Virus record (IMG/VR): IMGVR_UViG_3300029821_000006
Span: 1 to 52,738 of that record
DNA length: 52,738 bases
Source: a virus
Direction: 5' to 3' (one strand)
Within the stretch, counting starts at the first letter, position 1. The number at the start of each line of letters is the position of its first letter. The notes under the pieces were generated by a model. That model had not been told where the DNA came from. It made no database searches and saw nothing but the letters and a program-made list of their open reading frames with translations. Positions 33,901 through 43,049 of this stretch are shown one piece after another. A program made the translations under genes and the position numbers.

Positions 33901-34077
33901 ATGGACCAGAAAGAAGTTGAGTTACGAATTGCTGTCTTACTCGGTCAGGAATCAGTTCTCAAAAAAGTGACAGATAGATGGTATGTCGTTGGCGGTTTCT
34001 GGAAGGGGTGGCTAAAAGGCGTCCAGTCTGAGATTCGGTGCCTGGAGCAGGCACGAAAAACATTTGTGGAGGATTAA
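33901..34077 (+). CDS. Small hypothetical protein (58 aa)
   Basis: GGTGGAGG RBS upstream of ATG. Confidence 0.45.
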   Translation: MDQKEVELRIAVLLGQESVLKKVTDRWYVVGGFWKGWLKGVQSEIRCLEQARKTFVED

Positions 34078-34080
34078 AAA

Positions 34081-34239
34081 ATGCACGAAAGACAATGCAC
34101 GTTATGCGGAATGATATTTGATGTGGACCAGCCAGTCGATGTTAACAGTTTTGTTTGCTGTTATTGCTGGCCAACGAGCCCGAACAGGGCCATGCGTTCA
34201 CTGATGCGCGTCAAGGCCAGGCTGTATGTAGGAAATTAG
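34081..34239 (+). CDS. Small zinc-ribbon protein (52 aa)
   Basis: MHERQCTLCGM...FVCCYCWP. Confidence 0.45.
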   Translation: MHERQCTLCGMIFDVDQPVDVNSFVCCYCWPTSPNRAMRSLMRVKARLYVGN

Positions 34240-34247
34240 GAGGGGTT

Positions 34248-36221
34248 ATGAAATTACTATCTTTAAACTTAGAAAACTTTCAGGGAATCAAGTCACTGGA
34301 AATCACGTCGGATGGCACAGACATTGAAGTCCGGGGCGACAATGCCACCGGCAAGACAACAATCGGCAATGCCATTACCTGGTTGCTTTATAGCAAGCCG
34401 TTGGGCGGGGAAAAGAACTTCTCCCCTAAAACTTTAAACGGGAACGGAGAAGAAGTCCACAACCTTAACCATGGTGTTGAAGCAATCTTCATGGATGCCG
34501 GGCAGCGGTTAAAGCTTAAAAAAGAATTCAAGGAAATTTGGACCAAGAAGCGGGGCACTGCAAAGAATACCTTCACTGGCCATACGACTGAATATTACTT
34601 GAATGATATTCCGGTCAGTGCTGGTGATTATGGAAGAAGGATCGAACAGATCTGCAACCCTGAAATGGCAAAGGTCTTAACCAACCCCTTCTACTTCCCA
34701 GTGGATATGAAATGGACGGATCGCCGGGAGTTACTACTATCAGTTTGTGGAGATGTCACGGATGAACAAGTGATCGCATTCAGTGAAGAACTGGCGCCAC
34801 TGGGAACTATCATCAACAGTGAAAGTGGCCGGATCACCATCGACGATTACCTCAAGATTTCAAAATCATCAATGACCAAGATCAACGAGGACTTGAAAAG
34901 CATTCCTTCCCGGATCGATGAAGCGACCAAGGCAAAGCCTGACGTTGCTGATATTTATCCAAAGGTTTTTGAAAAAGAAATCATCGAGCATGAAGCAGCG
35001 ATTGTTGAATTGGAAAAGCAAAAGCTGAATCTGGAAAACGGCAAGGTCGACGATGCCCTAATCGAAAAGAAAAAAGAGATCAATAATAAACTCATTCAGA
35101 AATCAACTGATTATGCCAGATTGCAGAATCAAGAGTGCTCTGAACAGGCGGAGGCACTGACAAAAAGTGCGCAGTTGGTAAGGAATGCCGAGATAAAGTT
35201 AACCGGTCAAGATGCTGTTGTGGAAGGTATAAAAAAAGCCATCGCAAACAAGCGAGAAATGCAAGCAAGTTTAACAGAAAATTATAAATCAACAGTTGCT
35301 AAACAATGGGACGGCGACACAATTTGCCCGACATGCGGGCAAGAACTGCAGCCGGAAAAGATCGAGGAAGCGAAATCAGCATTTAACCTCGGCAAGTCAA
35401 AAAAACTTGAAGAAATTAACAAGATTGGATCTGAAAAATGCAGTAAAGCGATTCTGGAAAAGTTGGCAGCCGATCTGAAATTAGAAGAAACGAACCTCAT
35501 TAAAGCCAATGAAGAACTCAAAGAACTACAACAAGCCCACCAGGCAGCTCTTGGATTGGTCAAAGATACGGTCCCATTCTCAGAAACGAAAATGGGCAAG
35601 ACGTTGCAGTCGGAACTGGATGAAATCACCAATAAAATCAACGCCCCGAATGCTGATATCGCCCCACAGATTGCCAAATTAAACAGCGAAATCAGTGAGA
35701 TCAAAGCAAAAGTATCCGGCTTGAACGATAAGCTTTCGGATTATAAAACGGCTGAAAAGCAAGAAGTTCGGATCGCAGAGCTGAAGCTTCAAGAAGAAAC
35801 TTTAGCAGCTGAATACGAAAAGCTGGAAGCCAATGTTTTCCTTTTCGAACAGTTTATAAAGACCAAGGTGTCCATGTTGACCGAGAGCATTAATAACCGG
35901 TTTAAAAACGTCCGGTTCAAGTTATTCGAGGATCAGATCAATGGTGGCCTGAAAGAGTGCTGTGAGGTTCTGGTGCCGTGTGCCGAGGGGTTGATACCAT
36001 TCGCCACAGCGAATAATGCCGGCAAGATAAACGCCGGTATCGAGATCATTGATGCACTGTCAAAACATTGGGGCGTGGAGATGCCGTTGATTGTGGACAA
36101 TGCTGAAAGTGTCACCCAGTTATTAGAAACCGAGTTGCAAGTGATTAAATTAGTAGTTGACGAAAAATACAAAGAATTACAAATAAATGGAGGTAAAGAA
36201 GAATGGCAGAAAACAGCATAG
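34248..36221 (+). CDS. SMC/Rad50/SbcC-like AAA ATPase (recombination module)
   Basis: Walker A GDNATGKTT, long coiled coil with CPTCGQEL hook-like CxxC, Walker B LIVDNAES. ATG 34248 follows AGGAGGGG. Confidence 0.85.
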   Translation: MKLLSLNLENFQGIKSLEITSDGTDIEVRGDNATGKTTIGNAITWLLYSKPLGGEKNFSPKTLNGNGEEVHNLNHGVEAIFMDAGQRLKLKKEFKEIWTKKRGTAKNTFTGHTTEYYLNDIPVSAGDYGRRIEQICNPEMAKVLTNPFYFPVDMKWTDRRELLLSVCGDVTDEQVIAFSEELAPLGTIINSESGRITIDDYLKISKSSMTKINEDLKSIPSRIDEATKAKPDVADIYPKVFEKEIIEHEAAIVELEKQKLNLENGKVDDALIEKKKEINNKLIQKSTDYARLQNQECSEQAEALTKSAQLVRNAEIKLTGQDAVVEGIKKAIANKREMQASLTENYKSTVAKQWDGDTICPTCGQELQPEKIEEAKSAFNLGKSKKLEEINKIGSEKCSKAILEKLAADLKLEETNLIKANEELKELQQAHQAALGLVKDTVPFSETKMGKTLQSELDEITNKINAPNADIAPQIAKLNSEISEIKAKVSGLNDKLSDYKTAEKQEVRIAELKLQEETLAAEYEKLEANVFLFEQFIKTKVSMLTESINNRFKNVRFKLFEDQINGGLKECCEVLVPCAEGLIPFATANNAGKINAGIEIIDALSKHWGVEMPLIVDNAESVTQLLETELQVIKLVVDEKYKELQINGGKEEWQKTA

Positions 36222-36991
36222 AAAAACGTGAATTGAAGGATGTTAATTTAGGAGCGAACATTTTTTCAGGGAGCAATGAATTTTCCCTGGCCCTCAAAAT
36301 GGCAAACGCCTTATCCAGCAGCACAATTGTCCCAAAAGATTACCAGGGTAATATCGGCAATGCATTGATTGCTTTGGAGATGTCAAACCGGTTAGGGACA
36401 AGCCCCCTGATGGTCATGCAAAACCTGTATATCGTCAATGGCAGACCGGCTTGGTCATCCCAGTATATTATCGCCATGATCAACAGCAGCAAGAAATATA
36501 AAACCGAGCTGCAATACTGTTTCGAGGGAAAAGGCGACAATCTGAGCTGCTATGCCTTTGCGGAAGACTATAACGGTCACGAAGTAAAGGGCCCGACAAT
36601 CACCATGGAAATGGCAAGGGCCGAGGGTTGGGTCAGTAAAACTGGCTCTAAGTGGAAAACCATGCCAGAGGTTATGATCCGCTACCGTGCCGCTTCTTTC
36701 TTTGGCCGATTAAATTGTCCAGACATGATTATGGGGATTTATTCCACGGAGGAAGTGGTTGACGGCATCGTTGATTATCAGATTTTAGACCCCGAGGAAA
36801 CTGTTAAACAAGAAATTAAAGAAAATGCGAACATTCAGGCACTGGACTTTACGGCGCCCGATCCCGAACCTCAGGAAGAAATAAAAAAAGACCCAGTTAC
36901 CGCCAATGAACCATCTGAAGCAGAAAAACAACAGATTCTAGCAGCAGAGCAAGCCGAAGCCGATGAGGATCTGCCAAGCTTCATGCAGTAA
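36203..36991 (+). CDS. recT: RecT-family single-strand annealing recombinase
   Basis: ALIALEMSNRLGTSPLMVMQNLYIVNGRPAWSSQYII..., with an acidic C-terminal tail. Confidence 0.85.
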   Translation: MAENSIEKRELKDVNLGANIFSGSNEFSLALKMANALSSSTIVPKDYQGNIGNALIALEMSNRLGTSPLMVMQNLYIVNGRPAWSSQYIIAMINSSKKYKTELQYCFEGKGDNLSCYAFAEDYNGHEVKGPTITMEMARAEGWVSKTGSKWKTMPEVMIRYRAASFFGRLNCPDMIMGIYSTEEVVDGIVDYQILDPEETVKQEIKENANIQALDFTAPDPEPQEEIKKDPVTANEPSEAEKQQILAAEQAEADEDLPSFMQ

Positions 36992-36994
36992 TCC

Positions 36995-37700
36995 ATGGAA
37001 ATATTAGTTATCGCCAGTAGCAGCCGAGGGAACGCCTATCGCATTAGTGATGGGCAAACCTCCCTGCTACTGGAATGTGGGGTACCTGTTCGGGAAATTC
37101 AGAAAGCGTTGCAATTTCAATTGCATAAAATCGATGGGTGTCTGATCACTCACGAACACCTTTGACCATTCAAAAGCGGCTAAGGATCTGATGAAAAAGG
37201 GCGTGGAGATTTACAGTAGCAAAGGAACGTTGGAAATATTGGGGTTATCCCAACAGCACCGGGCGAATATTCTTTGCGACAGGGTTACTCAAATGATCGG
37301 GACTTTCCAGGTATTGCCCTTTGATGTCCAACACGATGCGGCGGAGCCGTTGGGGTTCCTGATCGAAAGTATAGTAACAGGTGAACGACTATTATTCTTC
37401 ACCGACACCTATTATTTGAAATACACCTTTGATCGACTGTCCATCATTATGGGCGAATGCAATTATTCGACGGAAATCATCAAAGAAAACGTAAATAACG
37501 GAAGTATTCCCGAAGCACATAAAAATCGTGTTATACGGTCGCATATGAGCATCGAAACATTATTGGAATTTATAAAGGCGAATGATACCAGCCATTTAAA
37601 AAAGATTTACCTGTTGCACATGAGTGATGGAAATTCGAATGAGGACGAGTTTAAGCGGCGGGTTCAGGAGATCACAGGCGTGGAGGTTGAAGTATGCTAA
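36995..37700 (+). pseudogene. Metallo-beta-lactamase-fold nuclease/hydrolase interrupted by a +1 frameshift inside the HxHxDH motif
   Basis: Frame 1 reads MEILVIASSSRGNAY...CLITHEHL then stops at 37163-37165. The next frame continues DHSKAAKDLMKKGVEIY into track ORF 37191..37700. The break is at the T-run ctttga. Confidence 0.7.
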
Positions 37701-37846
37701 AAAATGAAAAGAAGCGGCATTGCCTGGTCTTAGGCGACCAGTGCCCATACCATCCAGACAAAGTTTGTTTGACGTGTACGGTCATAACTACCCCGGTAAC
37801 GGGGCGACCAATTGAAATAAAGAAGGAGAAAAATAAATGGGACTAG
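37694..37846 (+). CDS. Small Cys-rich hypothetical protein (50 aa)
   Basis: GGAGGT 5 nt upstream of ATG; weak call. Confidence 0.3.
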   Translation: MLKNEKKRHCLVLGDQCPYHPDKVCLTCTVITTPVTGRPIEIKKEKNKWD

Positions 37847-38235
37847 ATATATCACATGACGCATTTTGTGGGGCGTATAGCGCATTCAATAGATTTAGAC
37901 AAGCAGCTTTAAAGGCTTTTGGTGGGAGTTGGCCACCGCACGATAATGAGAGTTTAGAACCTGGACGGTGGTACTGGGAAAGTTCTAAAGAAGAAAATCC
38001 AGGGCTTTATGAATTCTTTTGCCATTCCGATTGCGACGGAGAAATCGAACCTGAATTGTGCGGAAAGTTAGCGGATGAATTAGAATTACTTCTTCCGAAA
38101 ATTGAAGAACTTGAAGGGATGTTCCCGGCAGGTGGGCATATCGAACGAAACGGCGGATATGCTCAAGTGACTAAGGATTTCATCGCCGGGTGCAGAGAAG
38201 CGCATTCGCTTAATGAGCCGTTGGAGTTTTGTTAA
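37837..38235 (+). CDS. Hypothetical protein (132 aa)
   Basis: AAGGAG RBS; MGLDISHDAFCGAYSAFNRF... Confidence 0.6.
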   Translation: MGLDISHDAFCGAYSAFNRFRQAALKAFGGSWPPHDNESLEPGRWYWESSKEENPGLYEFFCHSDCDGEIEPELCGKLADELELLLPKIEELEGMFPAGGHIERNGGYAQVTKDFIAGCREAHSLNEPLEFC

Positions 38236-38310
38236 AGAAAGAAGGTAATCACTATCAATAAAGTAACTAAGGAAGATCTACAAAAGCTTTATGTAACGGA
38301 ACAAAAACCA

Positions 38311-38799
38311 ATGCATAAAATAGCCAAGGAATTGGATGTTTCGGTAACAACAGTTTTTAATTATATGAAAAAGTACGGTATCGAATCGCGTGATCACAAA
38401 GAAACATTCACAATGAAGGGGCATAAATTATCGCTTGAAAATTGCAAACGAATAGGCGATCTACACCGCGGGAAAGTGCTATCAGAAGAAACAAAATTAA
38501 AGATATCTGAAGGCCATAAAGTTGGTGGGATCGGTCACAAGAAAGTTAGAAGTGATGGGTACATTTATGTTTATTTCATAGATCACCCGAAAAGCAGTGC
38601 GGAAGGATACATCATGGAACATATTTTAGTAATGGAAGCAATCATTGGAAGACATTTACTCGATAACGAGTGTGTTCATCACAAAAATGAAAAACGATCT
38701 GATAATCGGAAAGAAAACCTGGAATTGATGACAAAAAGTGAACATATGTCATACCATGCGCATAAGCGTCATGATGAAAAGAAAAGGAGAACGGCATGA
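38311..38799 (+). CDS. HNH endonuclease with N-terminal HTH (true start probably upstream of 38311)
   Basis: CVHHKNEKRSDNRKENLELMTKSEHMSYH. The frame is open from 38236 and reads INKVTKEDLQKLYVTEQKP before the first ATG. Confidence 0.8.
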   Translation: MHKIAKELDVSVTTVFNYMKKYGIESRDHKETFTMKGHKLSLENCKRIGDLHRGKVLSEETKLKISEGHKVGGIGHKKVRSDGYIYVYFIDHPKSSAEGYIMEHILVMEAIIGRHLLDNECVHHKNEKRSDNRKENLELMTKSEHMSYHAHKRHDEKKRRTA

Positions 38800-39236
38800 A
38801 TCGCGTGATCCTCGTCGGCCGCCTAACTCGCGATCCCGACATCAAAAACACCACATCCGGTAAATCAGTGGCCAGCTTCACATTGGCCGTGGACCGTCGC
38901 TTCAAGAACAAGGACGGCCAGAAGGAAGCAGACTTTGTCCCAATCGTTGTCTGGGGAAAACAGGCAGAATTTGCCGGACAATATTTGTCAAAGGGTAGCC
39001 AAATTGGCGTATCAGGACGACTACAAGTAAGAAGTTACGACGCACAGGATGGTCAACGACGTTATGTGACCGAGGTTGTGGCGGATGAGATCACATTCCT
39101 AAGCAGCAAGAAGGATGGTGGCAATGCTGCCAATACCCAGCAGCAGAGCAACAGCGAACCTATGTCGACAATGGACCTGGACGAAGACTTCCACCTCATG
39201 GCGGACGACGATGATCCGAACGACATACCATTTTAA
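38796..39236 (+). CDS. ssb: Single-stranded DNA-binding protein
   Basis: MNRVILVGRLTRDPD...FVPIVVWGKQAE..., C-terminal DDDPNDIPF. Confidence 0.95.
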   Translation: MNRVILVGRLTRDPDIKNTTSGKSVASFTLAVDRRFKNKDGQKEADFVPIVVWGKQAEFAGQYLSKGSQIGVSGRLQVRSYDAQDGQRRYVTEVVADEITFLSSKKDGGNAANTQQQSNSEPMSTMDLDEDFHLMADDDDPNDIPF

Positions 39237-39328
39237 TCGCTTTTTATAAATTTAAATATAGAAAGATCAGTATTCTAAATCCAGCGGAAGGGCGGGGCTT
39301 AACGGCCCCGTAAAGGTTCTAAAATTGA

Positions 39329-40297
39329 ATGGCTGATAGAAGAATGTTTGCAAAAACAATAATTGACAGTGACGCATTCCTGGATATGCCCATCACCACA
39401 CAGGTTTTATATTTTCATTTATGCATGAGAGCTGATGATGAAGGATTTATAAATAATCCTAAAAAGATACAACGTATGGTTGGGTGTAATGATGATGACC
39501 TTAAATTACTGATAGTAAAAAGCTTTGTTATCCCATTTGAAACGGGGATTATCGTCATTAAGCATTGGAAATTACACAACTATATTCGGAAAGATAGATT
39601 TAAAGCGACGGTGTACAAAGAAGAAAGATCAGTTTTATTTGAAAAAGAAAATGGTGTTTATGCGTTTGAATCACCTGAAGATAAAAATCAAATCAATGAA
39701 ACCGAAAATTTCAATAATTGCAATGAAGATGCTCCGTGCGGTTATGAAGAAATATCAAGCGGTAACCAACCGACAACCAAGTGTCAACCAAGTGACGACC
39801 AGTCGGCAACCAACTGCCAACCAAACGGGGACAAATGTGTAACCCAGGTTAGGTTAGGTAAGGTTAGGTTAGGTAAGGATAGTATAGGTAAAGAAGATAT
39901 ATTGCACGGAGCTGATGACTCAGCATCCATGCAGGAGGAAGATTCACCCATAATTATCAGTCTTATGCTTAACGATAAAACCCATTATCACGTAAATAAG
40001 TTACAGGTAGACGAATGGAAAGAGCTTTACCCGGCTGTTGATGTTGAACAACAATTGCGAAATATGAAAGGCTGGCTTGACAGTAACCCTAAGAGACGTA
40101 AAACAAAATCCGGGATACTCAAGTTCATTACCAGCTGGCTTGCTAGGGAACAGGACAGAGGCGGGACGTATCGTGGGCAAGGAAAGTCAAAGTCCAATAT
40201 GCCGGAAATGTCGCCTGAGCGCCAAAAAGCGTATGAGGAAATGGAAGTGACGGCAGCTGTGGATTTGTGGCCGGAATTGGAGGCAGAACATGACTGA
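39329..40297 (+). CDS. Replisome organizer / replication initiator (Phage_rep_org_N-like)
   Basis: RRMFAKTIIDSDAFLDMPITTQVLYFHLCMRADDEGFINNPKKI...HWKLHNYIRKDR. Confidence 0.8.
   Translation: MADRRMFAKTIIDSDAFLDMPITTQVLYFHLCMRADDEGFINNPKKIQRMVGCNDDDLKLLIVKSFVIPFETGIIVIKHWKLHNYIRKDRFKATVYKEERSVLFEKENGVYAFESPEDKNQINETENFNNCNEDAPCGYEEISSGNQPTTKCQPSDDQSATNCQPNGDKCVTQVRLGKVRLGKDSIGKEDILHGADDSASMQEEDSPIIISLMLNDKTHYHVNKLQVDEWKELYPAVDVEQQLRNMKGWLDSNPKRRKTKSGILKFITSWLAREQDRGGTYRGQGKSKSNMPEMSPERQKAYEEMEVTAAVDLWPELEAEHD
39847..39891. repeat. Tandem 15-bp iterons GGTTAGGTTAGGTAA (two exact copies and one 12/15 copy) inside the organizer gene; candidate ori
   Basis: Read directly. Preceded by five CAACCAA-type boxes at about 39766-39826. 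Confidence 0.75.
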
Positions 40298-40670
40298 TGA
40301 CATGAGCATGGTTAAAGTAAGAGAATTTATGACATTGCCATCCGACGTAAGAAAAAAGATATCGGATTTTATACAGGAATACATCGATGTAGATAAGGTC
40401 AAAGGGTTCGATCAAAACGGAGAGCTGATTGAGAAAGTATATAGACAAGCATTCGTGGTTCTTGTCACCGAAGAAGTATTCACAGTGAAAGAGTTAAGAA
40501 AAACGCTATTTGAAGATTACCATGTTCTATTGCCGATTGAGTGGTTTTCTGAACCAGAAAAAACATGCTCAAATTGCCTTTTATTAAAGACTGACGGTAA
40601 AAGTAATAATTGCGCAATGTGCCGCCAAAGAAATGATAAAAGTGGATGGAGAAAAGGAGAAAGATCATGA
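40290..40670 (+). CDS. Hypothetical protein (126 aa) with C-terminal CxxC...CxxC
   Basis: ORF overlaps the upstream stop; CSNCLLLKTDGKSNNCAMC. Confidence 0.6.
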   Translation: MTDDMSMVKVREFMTLPSDVRKKISDFIQEYIDVDKVKGFDQNGELIEKVYRQAFVVLVTEEVFTVKELRKTLFEDYHVLLPIEWFSEPEKTCSNCLLLKTDGKSNNCAMCRQRNDKSGWRKGERS

Positions 40671-41260
40671 GTAAATCAAAAGGATTAGATTCATTAATCG
40701 AAGCAACTATAAAGGGGCTAAGAGAAAAAAGCGATTTTTCAAGCAGATGGTGCGAACACTACACCGAGGATTGCGTTGAAAAACTAAAAGATTACGCTCA
40801 TAAAAGTGAGGATTGCGGACAAACATGTGAATTCTGTCAGACATTCAAGTGGGCGATCGATCGTGCAAAACATTATGAAAAAAATCTCGGTATTGGCTGG
40901 GAGGATGTTCTTGCGTCGTGGGAGGAAGATAGAAATTACTGGTATATGAATTACTACCAGGGAAGTAATCAGCGAGAAATTAAAAGCGGGAAAACCAAAG
41001 TATTTGAGAATATCGATGAATTCCGTAAATCTGTCGGGAACGAAGGGTTCAGATGCCCGTCGTGCGGATCGATAACAAGCGACCCATACAAATGCGGAGA
41101 TTGTGATTGGAAAGTTTTCGGACTGCTTGGTGATCTAGGGAAAGGTATATTCGTATATATCAAAGATGAAATACGAGGGCAAACTATATTTATGCCAGTG
41201 GCATGGGAGATTGCCGATTCGATCCACGACAATCCGGAATTATTGGAGGTGCAGGGATGA
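40667..41260 (+). CDS. Hypothetical Cys-rich protein (197 aa)
   Basis: ATG after AAAGGAGAAAG; CPSCGSITSDPYKCGDCDW. Confidence 0.6.
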   Translation: MSKSKGLDSLIEATIKGLREKSDFSSRWCEHYTEDCVEKLKDYAHKSEDCGQTCEFCQTFKWAIDRAKHYEKNLGIGWEDVLASWEEDRNYWYMNYYQGSNQREIKSGKTKVFENIDEFRKSVGNEGFRCPSCGSITSDPYKCGDCDWKVFGLLGDLGKGIFVYIKDEIRGQTIFMPVAWEIADSIHDNPELLEVQG

Positions 41261-41508
41261 ATGAAGAAGTTGGAACCATAACAGTATTTTACAAAGACAG
41301 CTCACGAAACACGATCCTTAGTGGGATAGACAAAGACGTTTTTGAGCACTTGAATGAATGTTTGCTTAACTACACTAAGAAAAGATTTTTCAAGCCAATT
41401 GATCGGACATATCGTTTAAATGCTAAAAAATACGAAATGGTTTTGGTGCTGTCTGATATTTCATCGATCCAATGGGTTGGGGATAATGCGGAGGTTGGTA
41501 ATGATTAA
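41257..41508 (+). CDS. Hypothetical protein (83 aa)
   Basis: ATGA overlap with the upstream stop. Confidence 0.55.
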   Translation: MNEEVGTITVFYKDSSRNTILSGIDKDVFEHLNECLLNYTKKRFFKPIDRTYRLNAKKYEMVLVLSDISSIQWVGDNAEVGND

Positions 41509-41812
41509 GATTGATATGAAAATGCCGGTAAGCTGTATGGAATGCCCAATAAAGCAAAAACACATATCTCATAATTGGAATTATAGATGCGTCGTAGCAA
41601 GGGCTGTTTTTAATAATAACATAAGCATACGCCATCCGGCTTGTCCCTTGATCGAGGCGAAAAACTGCACATTTACCCTGTGGGACGACTATTCAAATAC
41701 ATATGAGTGCAGCGAATGCGGGCTGTTGTGGAATTTGACCGAAGGCGATCCAGAAGACAATGAAATGAAGTTTTGCCCGAAATGCGGGAGTAAGATCGAG
41801 GTGAAAGAATGA
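41501..41812 (+). CDS. Cys-rich zinc-finger protein (103 aa)
   Basis: GGAGGTTGG RBS; CMECP...CSECG...CPKCG. Confidence 0.6.
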   Translation: MIKIDMKMPVSCMECPIKQKHISHNWNYRCVVARAVFNNNISIRHPACPLIEAKNCTFTLWDDYSNTYECSECGLLWNLTEGDPEDNEMKFCPKCGSKIEVKE

Positions 41813-41973
41813 AAAATTTTATAGGTTGCGGAACGTGCAAGCACCGGCTAGACAACCCAAATAGAAATCCAGAAAAATGCAGTTCGTGCATTGCTGAATG
41901 GGTGGAATACGGGGAACTACCTAACTGGGAAGATGCATTACCGTGTTGCAAGAATAAGGGGGCGGAGAAATGA
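41809..41973 (+). CDS. Small Cys-rich protein (54 aa)
   Basis: ATGA overlaps at both ends; GCGTCKH...CSSC...CC. Confidence 0.45.
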   Translation: MKNFIGCGTCKHRLDNPNRNPEKCSSCIAEWVEYGELPNWEDALPCCKNKGAEK

Positions 41974-42293
41974 GTGAAAAAATAGGCGATATGAATTCCC
42001 ATTGTGGTGAATGCGACCTGATCGACTGGTGCAGTGAGCCGTACGGAAGCCCATATCTATGCACAGATGGAAGATTCGAAGATGTGGAAGTAGCTAAATA
42101 CATCACTCTTGCCGAAACGAGCGCCGTAGATCTTGATACGTCAAAAATTACACCCGAGATAAATCGCGATGATTTTGATTGTGCAAGTGATTATGAAGAC
42201 GCCGTTGATACGGCCGTTTTAAATGTTTATAAGGTTTTGGTTGCTGATGACGTTGAAAAGCGACTAGAAGAGGTGCCCAATGACTTTGTTTAA
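41970..42293 (+). CDS. Hypothetical acidic protein (107 aa)
   Basis: ORF coupled to both neighbours. Confidence 0.6.
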   Translation: MSEKIGDMNSHCGECDLIDWCSEPYGSPYLCTDGRFEDVEVAKYITLAETSAVDLDTSKITPEINRDDFDCASDYEDAVDTAVLNVYKVLVADDVEKRLEEVPNDFV

Positions 42294-42441
42294 TGACCAT
42301 GCAGAGCGGATATATTGCCGAGATTGTGAAAACCACACCGACAACAACGGGAAGTGCCATGGCGTCGTCATTAACACTGAGGTGCTGATGTGTACGGATT
42401 TTTATTTGAAGGAGGAATTGCGGGATGAACAGCTTCAGTAA
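42280..42441 (+). CDS. Small Cys-rich protein (53 aa)
   Basis: GAAGAGGTG RBS; MTLFNDHAERIYCRDCENHTDNNGKCHG... Confidence 0.4.
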   Translation: MTLFNDHAERIYCRDCENHTDNNGKCHGVVINTEVLMCTDFYLKEELRDEQLQ

Positions 42442-42862
42442 CGGAATTCATACTTTCTTCATCCCCGGGAAGCTGCCCGGACTGAATGAATACACCAGGG
42501 CCAACCGAACCCATCGCCAAAAGGGGGCAAAGCTTAAAGATGAAACGGATCAATACGTCGCATATTGTGTGATGAATAAGCTTAGGGGCCTTGAGATCAA
42601 GAACCCGGTGCATATCAAATACACCTGGATTGAGGAAAATCAAAAGCGGGATCTTGATAATATCGCATTTGCCAAGAAATTTATCCAGGATGCTCTGGTA
42701 AATCTTGGTGTTCTGGAAAACGACGGGTGGAAGAACATCACCGGGTTCGAAGATCATTTTGAGGTGAATAAAAAAGAGCCTGGGGTATTGGTTGAGATTG
42801 TGGAGGTGGACAATGATCAAAAACCTACGAAAGATCCACAACAAGAAGTTTTACAACAATGA
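42425..42862 (+). CDS. rusA: RusA-family Holliday junction resolvase
   Basis: IPGKLPGLNEYTRANRTH...KRDLDNIAFAKKFIQDALVNLGVLENDGW. Confidence 0.8.
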   Translation: MNSFSNGIHTFFIPGKLPGLNEYTRANRTHRQKGAKLKDETDQYVAYCVMNKLRGLEIKNPVHIKYTWIEENQKRDLDNIAFAKKFIQDALVNLGVLENDGWKNITGFEDHFEVNKKEPGVLVEIVEVDNDQKPTKDPQQEVLQQ

Positions 42863-43049
42863 TCGGGCCGAAGGGCTGCCAATTGAATCGAAAGAGTTCG
42901 AAGGTATTGCGAGATATATCGTATTTGAGGACTCAATGGCCATTACAACGAAAAATAACGGAGTTTTGACCGGGAATATGGGTAAGCTGGAAAAACTCTT
43001 TAAAGAGGCTTTAAACGTGATAGAAATTTATAGGAGGGATGAGAAATGA
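42813..43049 (+). CDS. Hypothetical protein (78 aa)
   Basis: ATG after GTGGAGGTGG, inside track ORF 42792..43049. Confidence 0.5.
   Translation: MIKNLRKIHNKKFYNNDRAEGLPIESKEFEGIARYIVFEDSMAITTKNNGVLTGNMGKLEKLFKEALNVIEIYRRDEK

Noticed and set aside
34155-34247. TTG-initiated N-terminal extension of the SMC-like ATPase (track ORF start 34155)
   Set aside because: The extension overlaps the better-supported 52-aa zinc-ribbon ORF. ATG 34248 has a perfect AGGAGGGG RBS and starts the conserved N-terminus MKLLSLNLENFQG.
42371-42844. 157-aa minus-strand ORF opposite the RusA gene
   Set aside because: It is antisense to a clearly recognisable RusA coding frame in a unidirectional operon. It has no RBS and a hydrophobic, low-complexity translation.
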